DNA from: an uncultured Methanosarcinales archaeon
Lineage (GTDB): Archaea; Nanobdellota; Nanobdellia; Woesearchaeales; DSVV01
Direction: 5' to 3'
Assembly: GCA_964390375.1 (NCBI GenBank)
Contig: CAYMIF010000004.1
Location: 1 to 63,175, forward strand
DNA: 63,175 bases
The position numbers were made by a program, and so were the translations under genes. The notes beneath the pieces were generated by a model. The model saw only the letters and a list, made by a program, of their open reading frames with translations. It did not search any database and had not been told where the DNA came from. Shown piece by piece: positions 44,904 through 55,590 of the stretch. Positions within the stretch are counted from its first letter, which is position 1. Each line of letters starts with the position of its first letter.

Positions 44904-45359
44904 ATGAATAAGGACAGCAAACGAAGAGTGATGCCGCCGACATATTTTTTCGTGCTGCTTTTAGCAGGCATCGGACTGCATTTTGTGTACAATATCCGTA
45001 TCGTGCACCAGCCTTATACATATATAGGTGGAGTCTTGATAGTATTCGGAATAGTACTGAACCTATGGACAGACTCGCTGTTCAAGAAAGCAGGCACAAC
45101 AGTCAAGCCGCATGAAAAGCCGGCAGGCTTCATAGTCAAGGGTCCGTTCAGATTAAGCAGGCACCCGATGTATCTCGGCATGATATCGATACTCACAGGA
45201 ACGGCATTATTGTTCGGAAACCTGGTTGTGTTCATCTCACCGTTGGTATTTTTCATATTGATGGAATCGCTCTTCATCCCGATGGAAGAGAACAACCTGA
45301 CCAAAGGATACAAGAAGAGATATGCAAGCTACAGGAAGAAGGTCAGGAGATGGATCTGA
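44904..45359 (+). CDS. Isoprenylcysteine carboxylmethyltransferase/PEMT-family membrane protein
   Basis: GPFRLSRHPMYLG, EE..L, Y..Y...VRRWI. Confidence 0.88.
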   Translation: MNKDSKRRVMPPTYFFVLLLAGIGLHFVYNIRIVHQPYTYIGGVLIVFGIVLNLWTDSLFKKAGTTVKPHEKPAGFIVKGPFRLSRHPMYLGMISILTGTALLFGNLVVFISPLVFFILMESLFIPMEENNLTKGYKKRYASYRKKVRRWI

Positions 45360-45448
45360 CCCTGACACAAATCTTCTTCCTAAGAAAAAGAAGTCTAAAA
45401 TCAAGAACCCGAAATATTCTAGGATAGTTGTAATATAAACAAAAAAAG

Positions 45449-46213
45449 ATGATGCAAATGAACGAAATAAGACACAAGCTGCTCGTCATGAGCGGAAAAG
45501 GTGGAGTCGGAAAGACAACAGTCGCAGTCAACCTTGCATATGCGCTGGCCCAGACTGGCGCAAGAGTCGGTCTTCTTGACGTGGACATACACGGCCCGAA
45601 CGTGCCCAAGATGCTTGGGATTGAAGACGAGAAATGCATGGCTGACGACAAGGGCATAAAGCCTGTCGCATACAGTGACAATCTTTTCGTGATCTCGATA
45701 GCGTTCCTGATGGACAAGGAAAATGCTGCGATCTGGCGCGGCCCGATGAAGCACAATGTCATAAACCAGTTCCTAAATGACGTAGACTGGGGAAAGCTTG
45801 ACTACCTGGTGATCGACTTTCCGCCAGGCACAGGAGACGAGGCCATCAGCGTATCACAGCTTCTGAAGGATATAAACGGATCGATAATAGTATCCACGCC
45901 GCAGGAAGTGGCGCTATTGGACGCAGTCAAGGCAGTCGACTTCTCAAGAAAGGTCAATGTGCCGGTTGCAGGCATCGTAGAGAACATGTCAGGCGAGATA
46001 TTCGGAAAAGGCGGAGCAGAGGAAGCTGCAAAAAAAGCAGGCGTTCGATTCCTGGGCCGCATTGACATGGATGCCAGGATAAGGCAGTCAGGAGACAAGG
46101 GAAAACCGATCACCGCATCAGAACCGAAGGTGTTCAAACAAATCGCAGACAATATCATGAAGATATGCCAGGAAAAAGGACCAGGAGAAGACCAGGAAAA
46201 AGACAAAAAATGA
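45449..46213 (+). CDS. Mrp/NBP35 Fe-S carrier ATPase
   Basis: SGKGGVGKT, DVDIHGPNVP, WRGP, DFPPGTGDE, TPQ, GIVENMS; the usual CxxC after ENMS is absent. Confidence 0.88.
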   Translation: MMQMNEIRHKLLVMSGKGGVGKTTVAVNLAYALAQTGARVGLLDVDIHGPNVPKMLGIEDEKCMADDKGIKPVAYSDNLFVISIAFLMDKENAAIWRGPMKHNVINQFLNDVDWGKLDYLVIDFPPGTGDEAISVSQLLKDINGSIIVSTPQEVALLDAVKAVDFSRKVNVPVAGIVENMSGEIFGKGGAEEAAKKAGVRFLGRIDMDARIRQSGDKGKPITASEPKVFKQIADNIMKICQEKGPGEDQEKDKK

Positions 46214-47049
46214 AGATAATAGGCATAACCGGAGGAAAAGGCGGAACAGGGAAGTCTACTGTAGCTACTGCCCTGGCATATCATTTCGCAGGCAGGGGAA
46301 AGCTCCTTTTGGTAGATGCTGATGTGGACTGTCCGAATGACCACCTGCTGCTTGGGATCGAGCGCAGGGAAAAAGAGCCGGTCTTGCAGAGGATCCCTAA
46401 ATGGGACATGCAGAAATGCACCAGGTGTGGGCTTTGCGGAACAGCCTGCAGGACAAACGCGATTGTATCGATAGAAGGAAAAGAGCCGATATTCATGCCT
46501 CAGCAGTGCAATGGATGCGGTGCATGCAAGATAATATGCCCGGCAGATGCGATAACCTGGAGCAAAAAGCAGATAGGGAAGATCTATGAAGGAAGCAGGC
46601 ATAAGATCGACCTGCTCTCAGGAGAGCTCAGCGCAAACGAGCCTGTCTCTGAATTCATAGTCAATTCACTGAATGAGATGATTCTGAAAAAGAAAGAAGA
46701 TTATGATTACATAATAATCGACACTGCAGCAGGAACGCACTGCCCAGTGATTGCTGCACTTGAGATGTGCGACATGATAATCGCTGTAACAGAGCCTACG
46801 CCTCTTGGAAAGCACGACCTTGATCTGATACTCGGGCTTGCAGAAAGGATTGGAAGAACAGCATCTATCGTAATCAACCGATCAGACCTCGGAAACAGGT
46901 CATTGATTGAGGATTCTGCAGCATCAGCAGGCTCGGCCATAATCGCAGAGATACCATATTCAAAAGAGATTGTCGAAAGCTACGCAAGAGGAAGGCCCAT
47001 AGAGCACGAAAGCATAAAAAAGATAATAAAGAGGATAGAAGATGAATGA
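46210..47049 (+). CDS. MinD-superfamily ATPase with inserted 2x[4Fe-4S] ferredoxin
   Basis: GGKGGTGKS, DADVDCPN, CTRCGLC...C, CNGCGAC...CP, DTAAGTHC, VTEPT. Confidence 0.88.
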   Translation: MKIIGITGGKGGTGKSTVATALAYHFAGRGKLLLVDADVDCPNDHLLLGIERREKEPVLQRIPKWDMQKCTRCGLCGTACRTNAIVSIEGKEPIFMPQQCNGCGACKIICPADAITWSKKQIGKIYEGSRHKIDLLSGELSANEPVSEFIVNSLNEMILKKKEDYDYIIIDTAAGTHCPVIAALEMCDMIIAVTEPTPLGKHDLDLILGLAERIGRTASIVINRSDLGNRSLIEDSAASAGSAIIAEIPYSKEIVESYARGRPIEHESIKKIIKRIEDE

Positions 47050-48289
47050 GAACCTGAAAAAAGGCCAAAGAGCATCAGGGATAGCGACAGTCGCGACCCT
47101 CTTCCTGTCTGTGGTAAAGGGGATCGTAGGCATCCTCTCCGGAAGCCTGCTTCTGATAGCTGATGCAATACACAGTGCAGTCGACATACTCGCGATCTTC
47201 GCTGCCTGGTTCGGGCTCAGGCTCTCCCAGAGAAAGCCAAACCAAAGGTTCCCCTACGGATATTACAAGGCAGAGAACCTGGCGACACTGGTTGCCGTGG
47301 GGTTCATATTCTATGCAGCATATGAGATCTTCACAAGAAGCTACGCAAGGCTCTTCTCGCCAAGCGCAATTACAATGCCTGCGATAGCGATAGCAGTTCC
47401 GCTAGGCTCAGCTGCACTGTCTGCTATCATCGCAAGATATGAGGAGAAGGTAGGAAAGGAGATCAGCTCCCAGAGCCTGATCGCGAATGCTCATGAATCA
47501 TATGCAGATGTCCTGTCCTCGCTTGTCGTATTTGCCGGAATCCTGCTCACTTACCTAGGGATCAGCTATGTTGAGGGCATAATAGGGATACTTCTTTCGT
47601 TGCTCATCATTAAGATAGGCATTGAGAACGCAAGAAAAGCGGTCTATTCATTGATGGACGCAAGCCCGGACTCAGAGATTGAAAAGCATATCAGAGGGAT
47701 CATCCTGAAGACTGAAGGAGCAAAGGATGTCCAAGACCTCAGGATACGGGAATCCGGAACCCTGCTGTTCGGCGAGGCAGTCCTTAAGGTCACAGGCTCG
47801 ATTGACGTGAAGAGAGGCCACGAGGTATCAGAGAAGGTCGAGCAGAAGATAAAAAAGAGATATCCAAGGATCGAGAGTTTCCTGCTGCACATAGAGCCAG
47901 ATAAAAAAGAACTGCTGAAGGTCGTGATACCCATAGCAGAGGACAAAGGCCTTGATTCTGAGGTCATGGGCCACTTCGGAAGAGCAGACAGCTTCCTTGT
48001 AGCACAGGTCAGAAAAAAGAAGATCCTCTCCTGGAAAATAATTAAGAATCCATTCAAGAAAAAGGAGGTCCGTGCAGGCCTCTCTGCGACAAAACAGGTC
48101 CTAAAAGCAAAGCCGGATGTGGTTGTCCTAAAAAAGATCGGAGAGATATCATACCACACTCTCAGGGACGGCTATGTCGACCTTTACATGACAAAAGGGA
48201 GAACTGCAAAGGATGTTTTGAATAATCTGATGAATGGCAGGCTTAAGAAGCTGAAAAAACCAACCCACGAAAGCGACAAAAAGGAATGA
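47042..48289 (+). CDS. Cation diffusion facilitator fused to a NifB/NifX-like domain
   Basis: ADAIHS, FPYGYYKAE, HIEP; C-terminal HFGRA...IG motif. Confidence 0.88.
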   Translation: MNENLKKGQRASGIATVATLFLSVVKGIVGILSGSLLLIADAIHSAVDILAIFAAWFGLRLSQRKPNQRFPYGYYKAENLATLVAVGFIFYAAYEIFTRSYARLFSPSAITMPAIAIAVPLGSAALSAIIARYEEKVGKEISSQSLIANAHESYADVLSSLVVFAGILLTYLGISYVEGIIGILLSLLIIKIGIENARKAVYSLMDASPDSEIEKHIRGIILKTEGAKDVQDLRIRESGTLLFGEAVLKVTGSIDVKRGHEVSEKVEQKIKKRYPRIESFLLHIEPDKKELLKVVIPIAEDKGLDSEVMGHFGRADSFLVAQVRKKKILSWKIIKNPFKKKEVRAGLSATKQVLKAKPDVVVLKKIGEISYHTLRDGYVDLYMTKGRTAKDVLNNLMNGRLKKLKKPTHESDKKE

Positions 48290-48296
48290 TTAAAAG

Positions 48297-49178
48297 ATGA
48301 AAAAGGTTGCAATATTATCAGGAAAAGGCGGAGTCGGAAAGAGCAGCATAACTGCATCGCTCGCAGTAGCGCTAGCACAAGATCATAGGATAATCTGCGC
48401 AGACTGCGATGTTGACGCATCCAACCTCGCACTGGTTTTCGGTGCGCAGGATTTCGATGAGAAAAAGGACCTTTCGACAAATCAAAAAGCGGTCTTTGAT
48501 TACACGAGATGCACCTCATGCAAAAGATGCGTGGACACATGCCATTTCGATGCCATAGGATGGAAAGATGACAAGCCATATCTCAAGGAATTCAGCTGCG
48601 AAGGATGCGGCGCATGTCCGCTTGTCTGTCCAAGCGATGCGATAACCCTAAAGAGAGTAAAAAACGCGACCATAGGCCATGCAAAGACACCTTATGGATT
48701 CAAAGTAGTTTCAGCACAGCTGAACATCGGAGAATCCGGCTCAGGAAAGGTCGTGTACGAGGTCAGGAAAAAGGCGATGGAGCTTTCAGAAGACTCCCAG
48801 ATCATGCTGATAGATTCAGCAGCAGGTATCGGCTGTCCTGTGATTGCGTCAGTCTCGGGAACAGACCATGCAGTGATCGTGACAGAGCCCACGCCTTCAG
48901 GATTCTCTGACATGAGAAGAGCTCTCGGGGTGACAGGCCACTTCAACATAAGGTCATCGCTTTTAATCAACAAGTACGACCTAAACCATGAGATGGCACA
49001 GACCATAAGGGATTTTGCCTCACAAGAAGGCTTAAGGATCCTGGCAGAGATTGCTTTCGACAGGAATTTCAGCCAGGCGCTCACCCAGATGGAGCCGATA
49101 ATCAGGATAGACAGAAAATACGAGGAGATATTCGAAAACTTAAAGCAGGGTATCCTGGAGGAGCTTAAAAGAAAGTGA
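48297..49178 (+). CDS. Second MinD-superfamily ATPase with ferredoxin insert
   Basis: SGKGGVGKS, DCDVDASN, CTSCKRC, CEGCGAC, GESGSGK, GIGCPVIAS, INKYD. Confidence 0.88.
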   Translation: MKKVAILSGKGGVGKSSITASLAVALAQDHRIICADCDVDASNLALVFGAQDFDEKKDLSTNQKAVFDYTRCTSCKRCVDTCHFDAIGWKDDKPYLKEFSCEGCGACPLVCPSDAITLKRVKNATIGHAKTPYGFKVVSAQLNIGESGSGKVVYEVRKKAMELSEDSQIMLIDSAAGIGCPVIASVSGTDHAVIVTEPTPSGFSDMRRALGVTGHFNIRSSLLINKYDLNHEMAQTIRDFASQEGLRILAEIAFDRNFSQALTQMEPIIRIDRKYEEIFENLKQGILEELKRK

Positions 49179-49663
49179 GAAAGATAATCCAGAACAAGTT
49201 CATCCAGATGTGGCTGATAATCGGAATAATAGCAGGTTTTGCAGCAGTGATTTTCTTCTCGATCACATACCTTAACGAAAGGATATTGTGTGACATGGAC
49301 TGCCGGGCCAAAAACGAGGTATCGCTTATCCTTGTCCTGCTTTCGCTGTTCGGCATGTTCATCGGAAGCCTGACATATTACTTCATATCAGAAAAATACC
49401 AGAAGAAGATAGACAGGATACACAAGGATGTCAATCTCACCCTGAGATTCCTTGAAGGCGAAGAAAGGGCAATAGTCAACTCGATAATAGACCGGAAAGG
49501 AAAGATCAATCAGTCTGACCTGGTAAAGGACACCGGGCTTTCCAGGGTAAAGATATCCCGAAGCTTGATGCGCCTTGAGCAAAAAGATATAATAAAGAAA
49601 AGCAAGAACGGCATGACAAACATAGTGGAGATGAACAAGAACCTGAAAAGGATTTTCTTCTGA
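49175..49663 (+). CDS. Membrane-anchored wHTH transcriptional regulator
   Basis: Two TM segments followed by QSDLVKDTGLSRVKISRSL..LE...GMTN. Confidence 0.8.
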   Translation: MRKIIQNKFIQMWLIIGIIAGFAAVIFFSITYLNERILCDMDCRAKNEVSLILVLLSLFGMFIGSLTYYFISEKYQKKIDRIHKDVNLTLRFLEGEERAIVNSIIDRKGKINQSDLVKDTGLSRVKISRSLMRLEQKDIIKKSKNGMTNIVEMNKNLKRIFF

Positions 49664-49687
49664 AAAACTTCATCTAATCGGCATACT

Positions 49688-49738
49688 GATTTCAATTTCT
49701 GATACAAATGATTATAGGTTGTTTCACCTATTGAAACA
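49688..49738. promoter_or_regulatory. Tandem palindromic operators upstream of the thioredoxin-CcdA gene
   Basis: TGTTTCA-N5-TGAAACA (49720-49738) and degenerate GATTTCA-N5-TGATACA (49688-49706). Confidence 0.45.
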
Positions 49739-49769
49739 TATGATGTAAACATATGAGGTGAAACACATA

Positions 49770-50933
49770 ATGAGATTCAAAGGGATTTTACTGATAACTG
49801 CTATGTTGATTTTATTGGCAGCGGCTGCTGCTGCGCAGGAGAACCAAAATATTACATACGATGACAATGATGTGCATCTGCATCTTTTCTACGGACAGGG
49901 ATGTCCGCACTGCGGGAAGCTTCGGCTTTTCATGCAGGATCTAGAAGAAGAATATCCATCACTTCATGTCTATGAGCATGAGGTATATCATGATGATGAG
50001 GCAAGGGAGCTCTTCACCAGGTTGGCTGAAAAATATGGGAAAGAGATCAGCGGAGTGCCGACTGTATTTATCGATGACAACATGATTGTCGGATTCAGCA
50101 ACAGGCTTGGTGAAGTGATCGAAAACGAGATAATGAAATGCCTTGTAGTGGATTGCCTAAATCCAGTGACCAGGAACACTACTATCGACGTGATCCATAC
50201 AGAAGGCGATTCGTCTCCAAAAGAGCTCAAGACCGATGTCTCAAAGAAGCTGACCGTGCCGATAGTCATCTCAGCTGCTGCAGTCGACGCGATAAACCCA
50301 TGCGCTTTTGCGGTCCTGATAATACTCATGACAGCAGCGCTCTCGATAGCTGAAAAGAAGAAGGCGCTTAGATTCGGCCTTGCATTCACAGCTTCGATAT
50401 ACATATCATACTTTCTCATGGGACTCGGCCTGTTCTCAGCCCTTCAGGCGACAGGCCTCAGCCACGGGTTCTACATATTCGTGACCATCCTTGCGCTGAT
50501 AGTAGGGATTCTCAATGTCAAGGACTACTTCTGGTATGGCAAGGGATTTCTCATGGAGATACCGCTCAGCTGGAGGCCTAAGATGAAAAAGCTTCTGGCC
50601 GGCGTGACATCACCGATCGGTGCATTTCTGGTCGGTTTCGTGGTCTCGCTTTTCGAGCTTCCATGCACAGGAGGGCCTTACATAGTGATACTCGGCCTTC
50701 TCGCAAAAGAGGTCACAAAAAACGCAGGAGTATTGTATCTGCTGCTCTACAATCTTGTCTTCATATCGCCCTTGATAATCCTGTCGATCGTGATATACAA
50801 GGGATTGTCCACGACCAAGAAGCTCGAGAAGATAAGGCAGAAGAAGATAAGGGTCCTGCATCTCATAGCAGGCATCCTCATGATAGGCATAGCATCTGTC
50901 ATGATATTGTCGATTTATATGGGATGGGTATGA
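49770..50933 (+). CDS. Thioredoxin-domain + CcdA/DsbD-like membrane disulfide-exchange protein
   Basis: Signal peptide, CPHC, GVP; membrane domain with INPCAF and ELPCTGGPY. Confidence 0.85.
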   Translation: MRFKGILLITAMLILLAAAAAAQENQNITYDDNDVHLHLFYGQGCPHCGKLRLFMQDLEEEYPSLHVYEHEVYHDDEARELFTRLAEKYGKEISGVPTVFIDDNMIVGFSNRLGEVIENEIMKCLVVDCLNPVTRNTTIDVIHTEGDSSPKELKTDVSKKLTVPIVISAAAVDAINPCAFAVLIILMTAALSIAEKKKALRFGLAFTASIYISYFLMGLGLFSALQATGLSHGFYIFVTILALIVGILNVKDYFWYGKGFLMEIPLSWRPKMKKLLAGVTSPIGAFLVGFVVSLFELPCTGGPYIVILGLLAKEVTKNAGVLYLLLYNLVFISPLIILSIVIYKGLSTTKKLEKIRQKKIRVLHLIAGILMIGIASVMILSIYMGWV

Positions 50934-51016
50934 TTATTTTTCATTTCAGGCAGGCCGTTTGTCGCCCTCGGCAATTTTTCAGGCCTGCCTTTTTTCTGAC
51001 CAAAAGATAAAACCGC

Positions 51017-54000
51017 TCAATCAGCTCTTCTTCTGGCCACACACTGGCCCGGTCTCGGCCATCCTTTGTACCTGCAATCGAACGCAAACCACCATCTGTC
51101 ATTATCATTCCAGTCAGCCCTAAGACAGCTCAGAGCACCTCTCCATCCGCTGACATCAACTGCATTGCAGAACTGCTCAGCACTGCAGCCGGAATCATCG
51201 ACCGCTTCATCAGCAGGCGTATCCGGACATTCATCATCCTCATCATTGACTCCATCATCATCAGAATCCTTATTGTTTTCAAAAGCCTCGCATATGCCTT
51301 CGTCGTCGTAGCTTTCATTTATATCGCTGCAAAAGACCATAAGTTCATCCTCCAGCTCCATATCAACTAAAACTTCATCGCTCTCTTCTTCGATGAATTT
51401 GAATCCAGTGACATTGGCACGAAGGGGAAATGTCAGCGAGAAATTGACGTCATCAAGATACAGCATTTCCCCGCCGTCACCTATCCTCACCCTTGGATCT
51501 CCGATGCCAAAAGACTGCATAATATCTCCAGATTCCATGATGACCTCGCCTCTGTATGGTCCGTCCTGCAGCCCGACATCAGGATGCCCCTCGACAATCT
51601 CAGTGCGAATCTCTGTCAGCACATCATCTTTGAGGTTGAACTCTACAAGGACACCTTTAGAGCCGCCAGAAGGCCAGTTCGCAAGCACATGATTTATCCT
51701 CCACGAAGAAGCCTCACCGAAAGCAGAAGGGTCCTTCCAGCAAAGATTGGCATTGTCGCAGAATTTGCTCGAACTCACCATCAGGCTGTCAACATCATAT
51801 TTCCACCAATCATAGCAGAAATTGTCGCACACTCCAAGAGACCAGTCGTTGTCCTCTGCATCATTCAGGCACTTGTTCTCTTTTGACCAGACATTCTTCG
51901 GGCCTGATACTTCAGTATAATATGTATTTCCGCAATATTCATCAACAAGCCCGAAAAGCGAATGGCCGGTCTCATGGATTATCTGGCCTTCTCTTTCAGC
52001 AAGGGCTATGAAATGCAGATGATAGCCGGAAGGGCCCAGGCCGTTCGCACAACCCCATGCACCAGAGCCATCTGGAGCAAGGATTGCAGCCACATCTGTC
52101 CCGGAAGCATCGCCCCAGAAGCCGTCTGGCAGCCATCCTGAACATCCAGCTTGTACAGCAAATCCATCAGGATCATAAAAACCTCTGTTATATATATAGA
52201 AATTGAACTTGTCTCTATAATTGTCTATCAGAGGTCCTGTTGTCAGTCCATCCAGATCAAGATACCAATCTCTTGTAAGATTGACGACAAGGTCAACGAA
52301 ATCCAGGTAATCATCCTGGCTATAATGCTCCTCCGGAACAAATACAATGTCTATATAGCCGTCATTCGGATGACCTTTAATCCGGATGGGCTGAGTATAC
52401 TCCCACGAAGGTGGATCGACGCAGTCTGAACAAGGGCCGCCGCAGTCGACATCCATCTCATTCTCTCCAATGAACACGTCATAGCAGTCGCATCCATCGC
52501 CTATTCCGTCTGAATTCAGGTCAGACTGGTCGGGATTAGGCCAGTCAGGACAGTTGTCGCATTCACTGCCTATCCCGTCCTCATCAGGGTCCGGACTGAC
52601 AACCAAAGGCTGAGAATCTATATCATCTGGACATCCGTCATTGTCATCATCTTCGTCACAGAAATTCGCAATGCCGTCGTCGTCTGTATCAAGTCCTGGG
52701 TTGTTCGGATCATCATCCTCGCCATTCAGGCACCCGTCGCCGTCGATGTCATTGTCATTCTCATTAAGGATCCCGTCGCCGTCGATGTCATCATCTATGC
52801 AATTTGCGATGCCATCCCCGTCTGCATCAGGCTCTGGAGAGCAACTGCCGCCCATGCAGCCGCACTGGCACGGCCTTTCATGCACCCCGACATAGGTAGT
52901 GATGTTCAGCACCTTTGGCTCAAGCACGCAGAAATATCCAATAAGTACATCATATTCTTCCTCAGTTATCTTACCCAAGAGCACATACTCACGCAGCTCA
53001 TCATCACTGAGGCAGTCTGCTGGATCAAGATCGCAGTAATATTCGAAAAGCACAGAATCAGAGCAGCTGTCCTCATAGCTGAAACCGAATGAACAGCTGG
53101 GACCAAGGCAGTTGAAATACCCTACTCCCCCTACATTCCAGGGATCAAGATAATCAGAATCAAGCCTGCACGGATAGGGGCAACCACGCTCATTCACGAT
53201 ATGGCCTGCTTCTGTTCCAGGGCAGTCATCATTCGGGTCGAGCACTCCATCTCCATCACTGTCCATGATAAGCCCTGCTGCATATGTCGGCACATTCTTT
53301 ACCGGCTCATTAGAGGCATCCGATTCAATGACCAGGTATGTTGAATATGACCTGTTCTCAGAAGGCCGAAAAGTGATTATCAGGCTGCAGAAATCATCCG
53401 CCATGACCTCTTCGCAGACAGGCTCCTTGAATTCAAACCCGCTGTCATCAAAACTGAGATTGGTAATGTTCAGCAAAGAAGTACCGCTGTTGGTTATATT
53501 AATCGCAAGTGATTTTGATGTTCCGCCAAGAACAGTCCCGAAATCAAGCGAGGAAGGCTCAACACCGATCACAGGACCAGGTTCAAGCGCATTCCCTGAA
53601 AGATAGCCAAAGATCTCAGGCTGGTCAGGGTCATCTGAGAATATAGTGATATTTGCATAGTTAACACCTACTGTCGAAGGGTCGAATGTCACGTTTATCG
53701 AGCACATCTCACCAGGTGCAAGAGAAGAGCAGTCAGTCACATGGCTAAAAGCCGGATCACCCTGCAGCAGGATATCATCTATATGCAGGTCATCCAAACC
53801 GTCGTTTCTGACCAGCATCTCCTGGACCTCAGGATAACCTATGGCAACATCGATGAAGACCAGATTCTGTCCAAAAACCCAGATATCAGGATATCCTATC
53901 CTGCATGCTCCCTCAATGCATCCGAACTCGCATGTATGGCTGACTGTGCTGAAGGTGTCGTCACCCTCAGGCACGCAGACATATTCAAAAAGAGTGTCAG

Positions 54001-55471
54001 AATCCCCGCAGAAGTCATAGTTTGCAGGCGCATAATCCCCGCTGCTGTAGCCATGCACAAATCCCTTGTTTGTGAAATTCTGGCCGTCTGAATCATAGCA
54101 AGCAACACATGCACCGTCTTCGCATGTGAATTCACAGTTATACATGACCTCTGAGAACACGCACGTGCTGCCGTTGATTACCGGGACATATTCATAGAGC
54201 ACCCTGGGTATCTCGTCATGGCAATGCTCCTGCATTCCGTTCTCAGTCGTGCCTTTCACAAATATGTCATACCCGCCGTCACTGTCGCTGCACTCTGCGC
54301 ACCCAGAAAGGCTTCCAGGGATATCAGGGCAAAGATCGCAGGCATCACCAAGACCGTCTGAGTCAGAATCCTCCTGTCCTGCATTCGGAACCTCAGGGCA
54401 GTTGTCAGAATCATCCGCAACACCGTCTGAATCTGAATCACATATACCGCAGTCCTCAGGACAGCTTGAGCAGTTTTCAGAATCATCACACACACCATTT
54501 CCGCAAAGAGGCATGCATGTCAGGCCGACAGCATAATAGCCAGGATTGCATTCGCAGTATGCTCCGCTCTCATCATAGGCGCAGCTTCCGTTTCCGCAGT
54601 CAACGTCCTCGCAAGGGTCGCTCCCGCATCTGCCTTCAAAGCAGCCGTCTGCACAGACAACATAATCTATCTGAAAAAAGTTCTCACCGAAAAAATCATC
54701 ATAATCCACGCATGAATATTCGACAAGTGTGTCTGGATCATCACAATAGTCTGTATCATTGACAATAACATTTGGAGTATCAGGATCAAGATACCCCCAG
54801 GTTTGATGCGATGTCGTGCCTTTGACATCGATCACGACTCCGCCATCTGTGTCATAGCAGAAGAAGCATCCGGAATCGTCGACTACAACGCCAGAATCAG
54901 TCCCTGGACATTCATCGCATGCATCCCCTATTCCGTCTGAATCAGAATCTTCCTGCAGAGGATTGGCATCATCAGGGCAGTTATCTGAATCATCATCATG
55001 ACCGTCATTGTCAAGATCATAAGGATATTCATCGCACGCATCTCCTAAAGAATCACCGTCACTGTCGAGCTGGTCAGGATTATAGTCATCTAAGCAGTTG
55101 TCGCAGACATCACCAAGACCGTCTGAATCAGAATCCTGCTGTCCAGGATTATATGTCCTGTTGCAGTTGTCTTCTGCATTTATGAAAGTGTCATTATCCC
55201 AGTCATCCGGGGGATCGACGCATGCTCCATCTCTGCATTCGATAACGCATTCGTATTGTGTCGAAACAGGATAAGTTGTCATGCAGTAATATTCAAGCAG
55301 ATAGTCTTCGCTCATGCAGCTGTCTTCATAATGGCTGGTTCCGACCCCAGTCATATAGGTAGTGACGCCATAATTGAAATAATCACGGCCACCGTCTGTC
55401 TCAGAACAAAGTGCGCTTGCGCAACTGATTGAAATAACAAAAGCTACAAAGAATGAAATCATCTTTCTCAT
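51017..55471 (-). CDS. Giant Cys/Asp-rich secreted protein with TSP3 repeats, Ig-like domains and an M64-like metallopeptidase
   Basis: Signal peptide; DxDxDGxGDxCD repeats; CxDxDGG...LxEYxC...CxxGxC repeats; EGF-like unit; two choice-of-anchor-D-like domains; HETGHSLFGLVDEY. Confidence 0.8.
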   Translation of the reverse strand: MRKMISFFVAFVISISCASALCSETDGGRDYFNYGVTTYMTGVGTSHYEDSCMSEDYLLEYYCMTTYPVSTQYECVIECRDGACVDPPDDWDNDTFINAEDNCNRTYNPGQQDSDSDGLGDVCDNCLDDYNPDQLDSDGDSLGDACDEYPYDLDNDGHDDDSDNCPDDANPLQEDSDSDGIGDACDECPGTDSGVVVDDSGCFFCYDTDGGVVIDVKGTTSHQTWGYLDPDTPNVIVNDTDYCDDPDTLVEYSCVDYDDFFGENFFQIDYVVCADGCFEGRCGSDPCEDVDCGNGSCAYDESGAYCECNPGYYAVGLTCMPLCGNGVCDDSENCSSCPEDCGICDSDSDGVADDSDNCPEVPNAGQEDSDSDGLGDACDLCPDIPGSLSGCAECSDSDGGYDIFVKGTTENGMQEHCHDEIPRVLYEYVPVINGSTCVFSEVMYNCEFTCEDGACVACYDSDGQNFTNKGFVHGYSSGDYAPANYDFCGDSDTLFEYVCVPEGDDTFSTVSHTCEFGCIEGACRIGYPDIWVFGQNLVFIDVAIGYPEVQEMLVRNDGLDDLHIDDILLQGDPAFSHVTDCSSLAPGEMCSINVTFDPSTVGVNYANITIFSDDPDQPEIFGYLSGNALEPGPVIGVEPSSLDFGTVLGGTSKSLAINITNSGTSLLNITNLSFDDSGFEFKEPVCEEVMADDFCSLIITFRPSENRSYSTYLVIESDASNEPVKNVPTYAAGLIMDSDGDGVLDPNDDCPGTEAGHIVNERGCPYPCRLDSDYLDPWNVGGVGYFNCLGPSCSFGFSYEDSCSDSVLFEYYCDLDPADCLSDDELREYVLLGKITEEEYDVLIGYFCVLEPKVLNITTYVGVHERPCQCGCMGGSCSPEPDADGDGIANCIDDDIDGDGILNENDNDIDGDGCLNGEDDDPNNPGLDTDDDGIANFCDEDDDNDGCPDDIDSQPLVVSPDPDEDGIGSECDNCPDWPNPDQSDLNSDGIGDGCDCYDVFIGENEMDVDCGGPCSDCVDPPSWEYTQPIRIKGHPNDGYIDIVFVPEEHYSQDDYLDFVDLVVNLTRDWYLDLDGLTTGPLIDNYRDKFNFYIYNRGFYDPDGFAVQAGCSGWLPDGFWGDASGTDVAAILAPDGSGAWGCANGLGPSGYHLHFIALAEREGQIIHETGHSLFGLVDEYCGNTYYTEVSGPKNVWSKENKCLNDAEDNDWSLGVCDNFCYDWWKYDVDSLMVSSSKFCDNANLCWKDPSAFGEASSWRINHVLANWPSGGSKGVLVEFNLKDDVLTEIRTEIVEGHPDVGLQDGPYRGEVIMESGDIMQSFGIGDPRVRIGDGGEMLYLDDVNFSLTFPLRANVTGFKFIEEESDEVLVDMELEDELMVFCSDINESYDDEGICEAFENNKDSDDDGVNDEDDECPDTPADEAVDDSGCSAEQFCNAVDVSGWRGALSCLRADWNDNDRWWFAFDCRYKGWPRPGQCVARRRAD

Positions 55472-55590
55472 GATAATCGCCCCCAAACAAAGGGCGTAAG
55501 TAAGAATTATTTTTATATTTTTTTATTAGTATTCAGAAAAATTTAAGCATTATCGAAAAATATTAAAGCCAGTCCATACCAACATTTGCC

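Noticed and set aside
44402-49178. DUF134-Mrp-MinD/ferredoxin-NifX cluster as a novel system
   Set aside because: This gene cluster is widespread in anaerobic bacteria and archaea; only the candidate operator is reported
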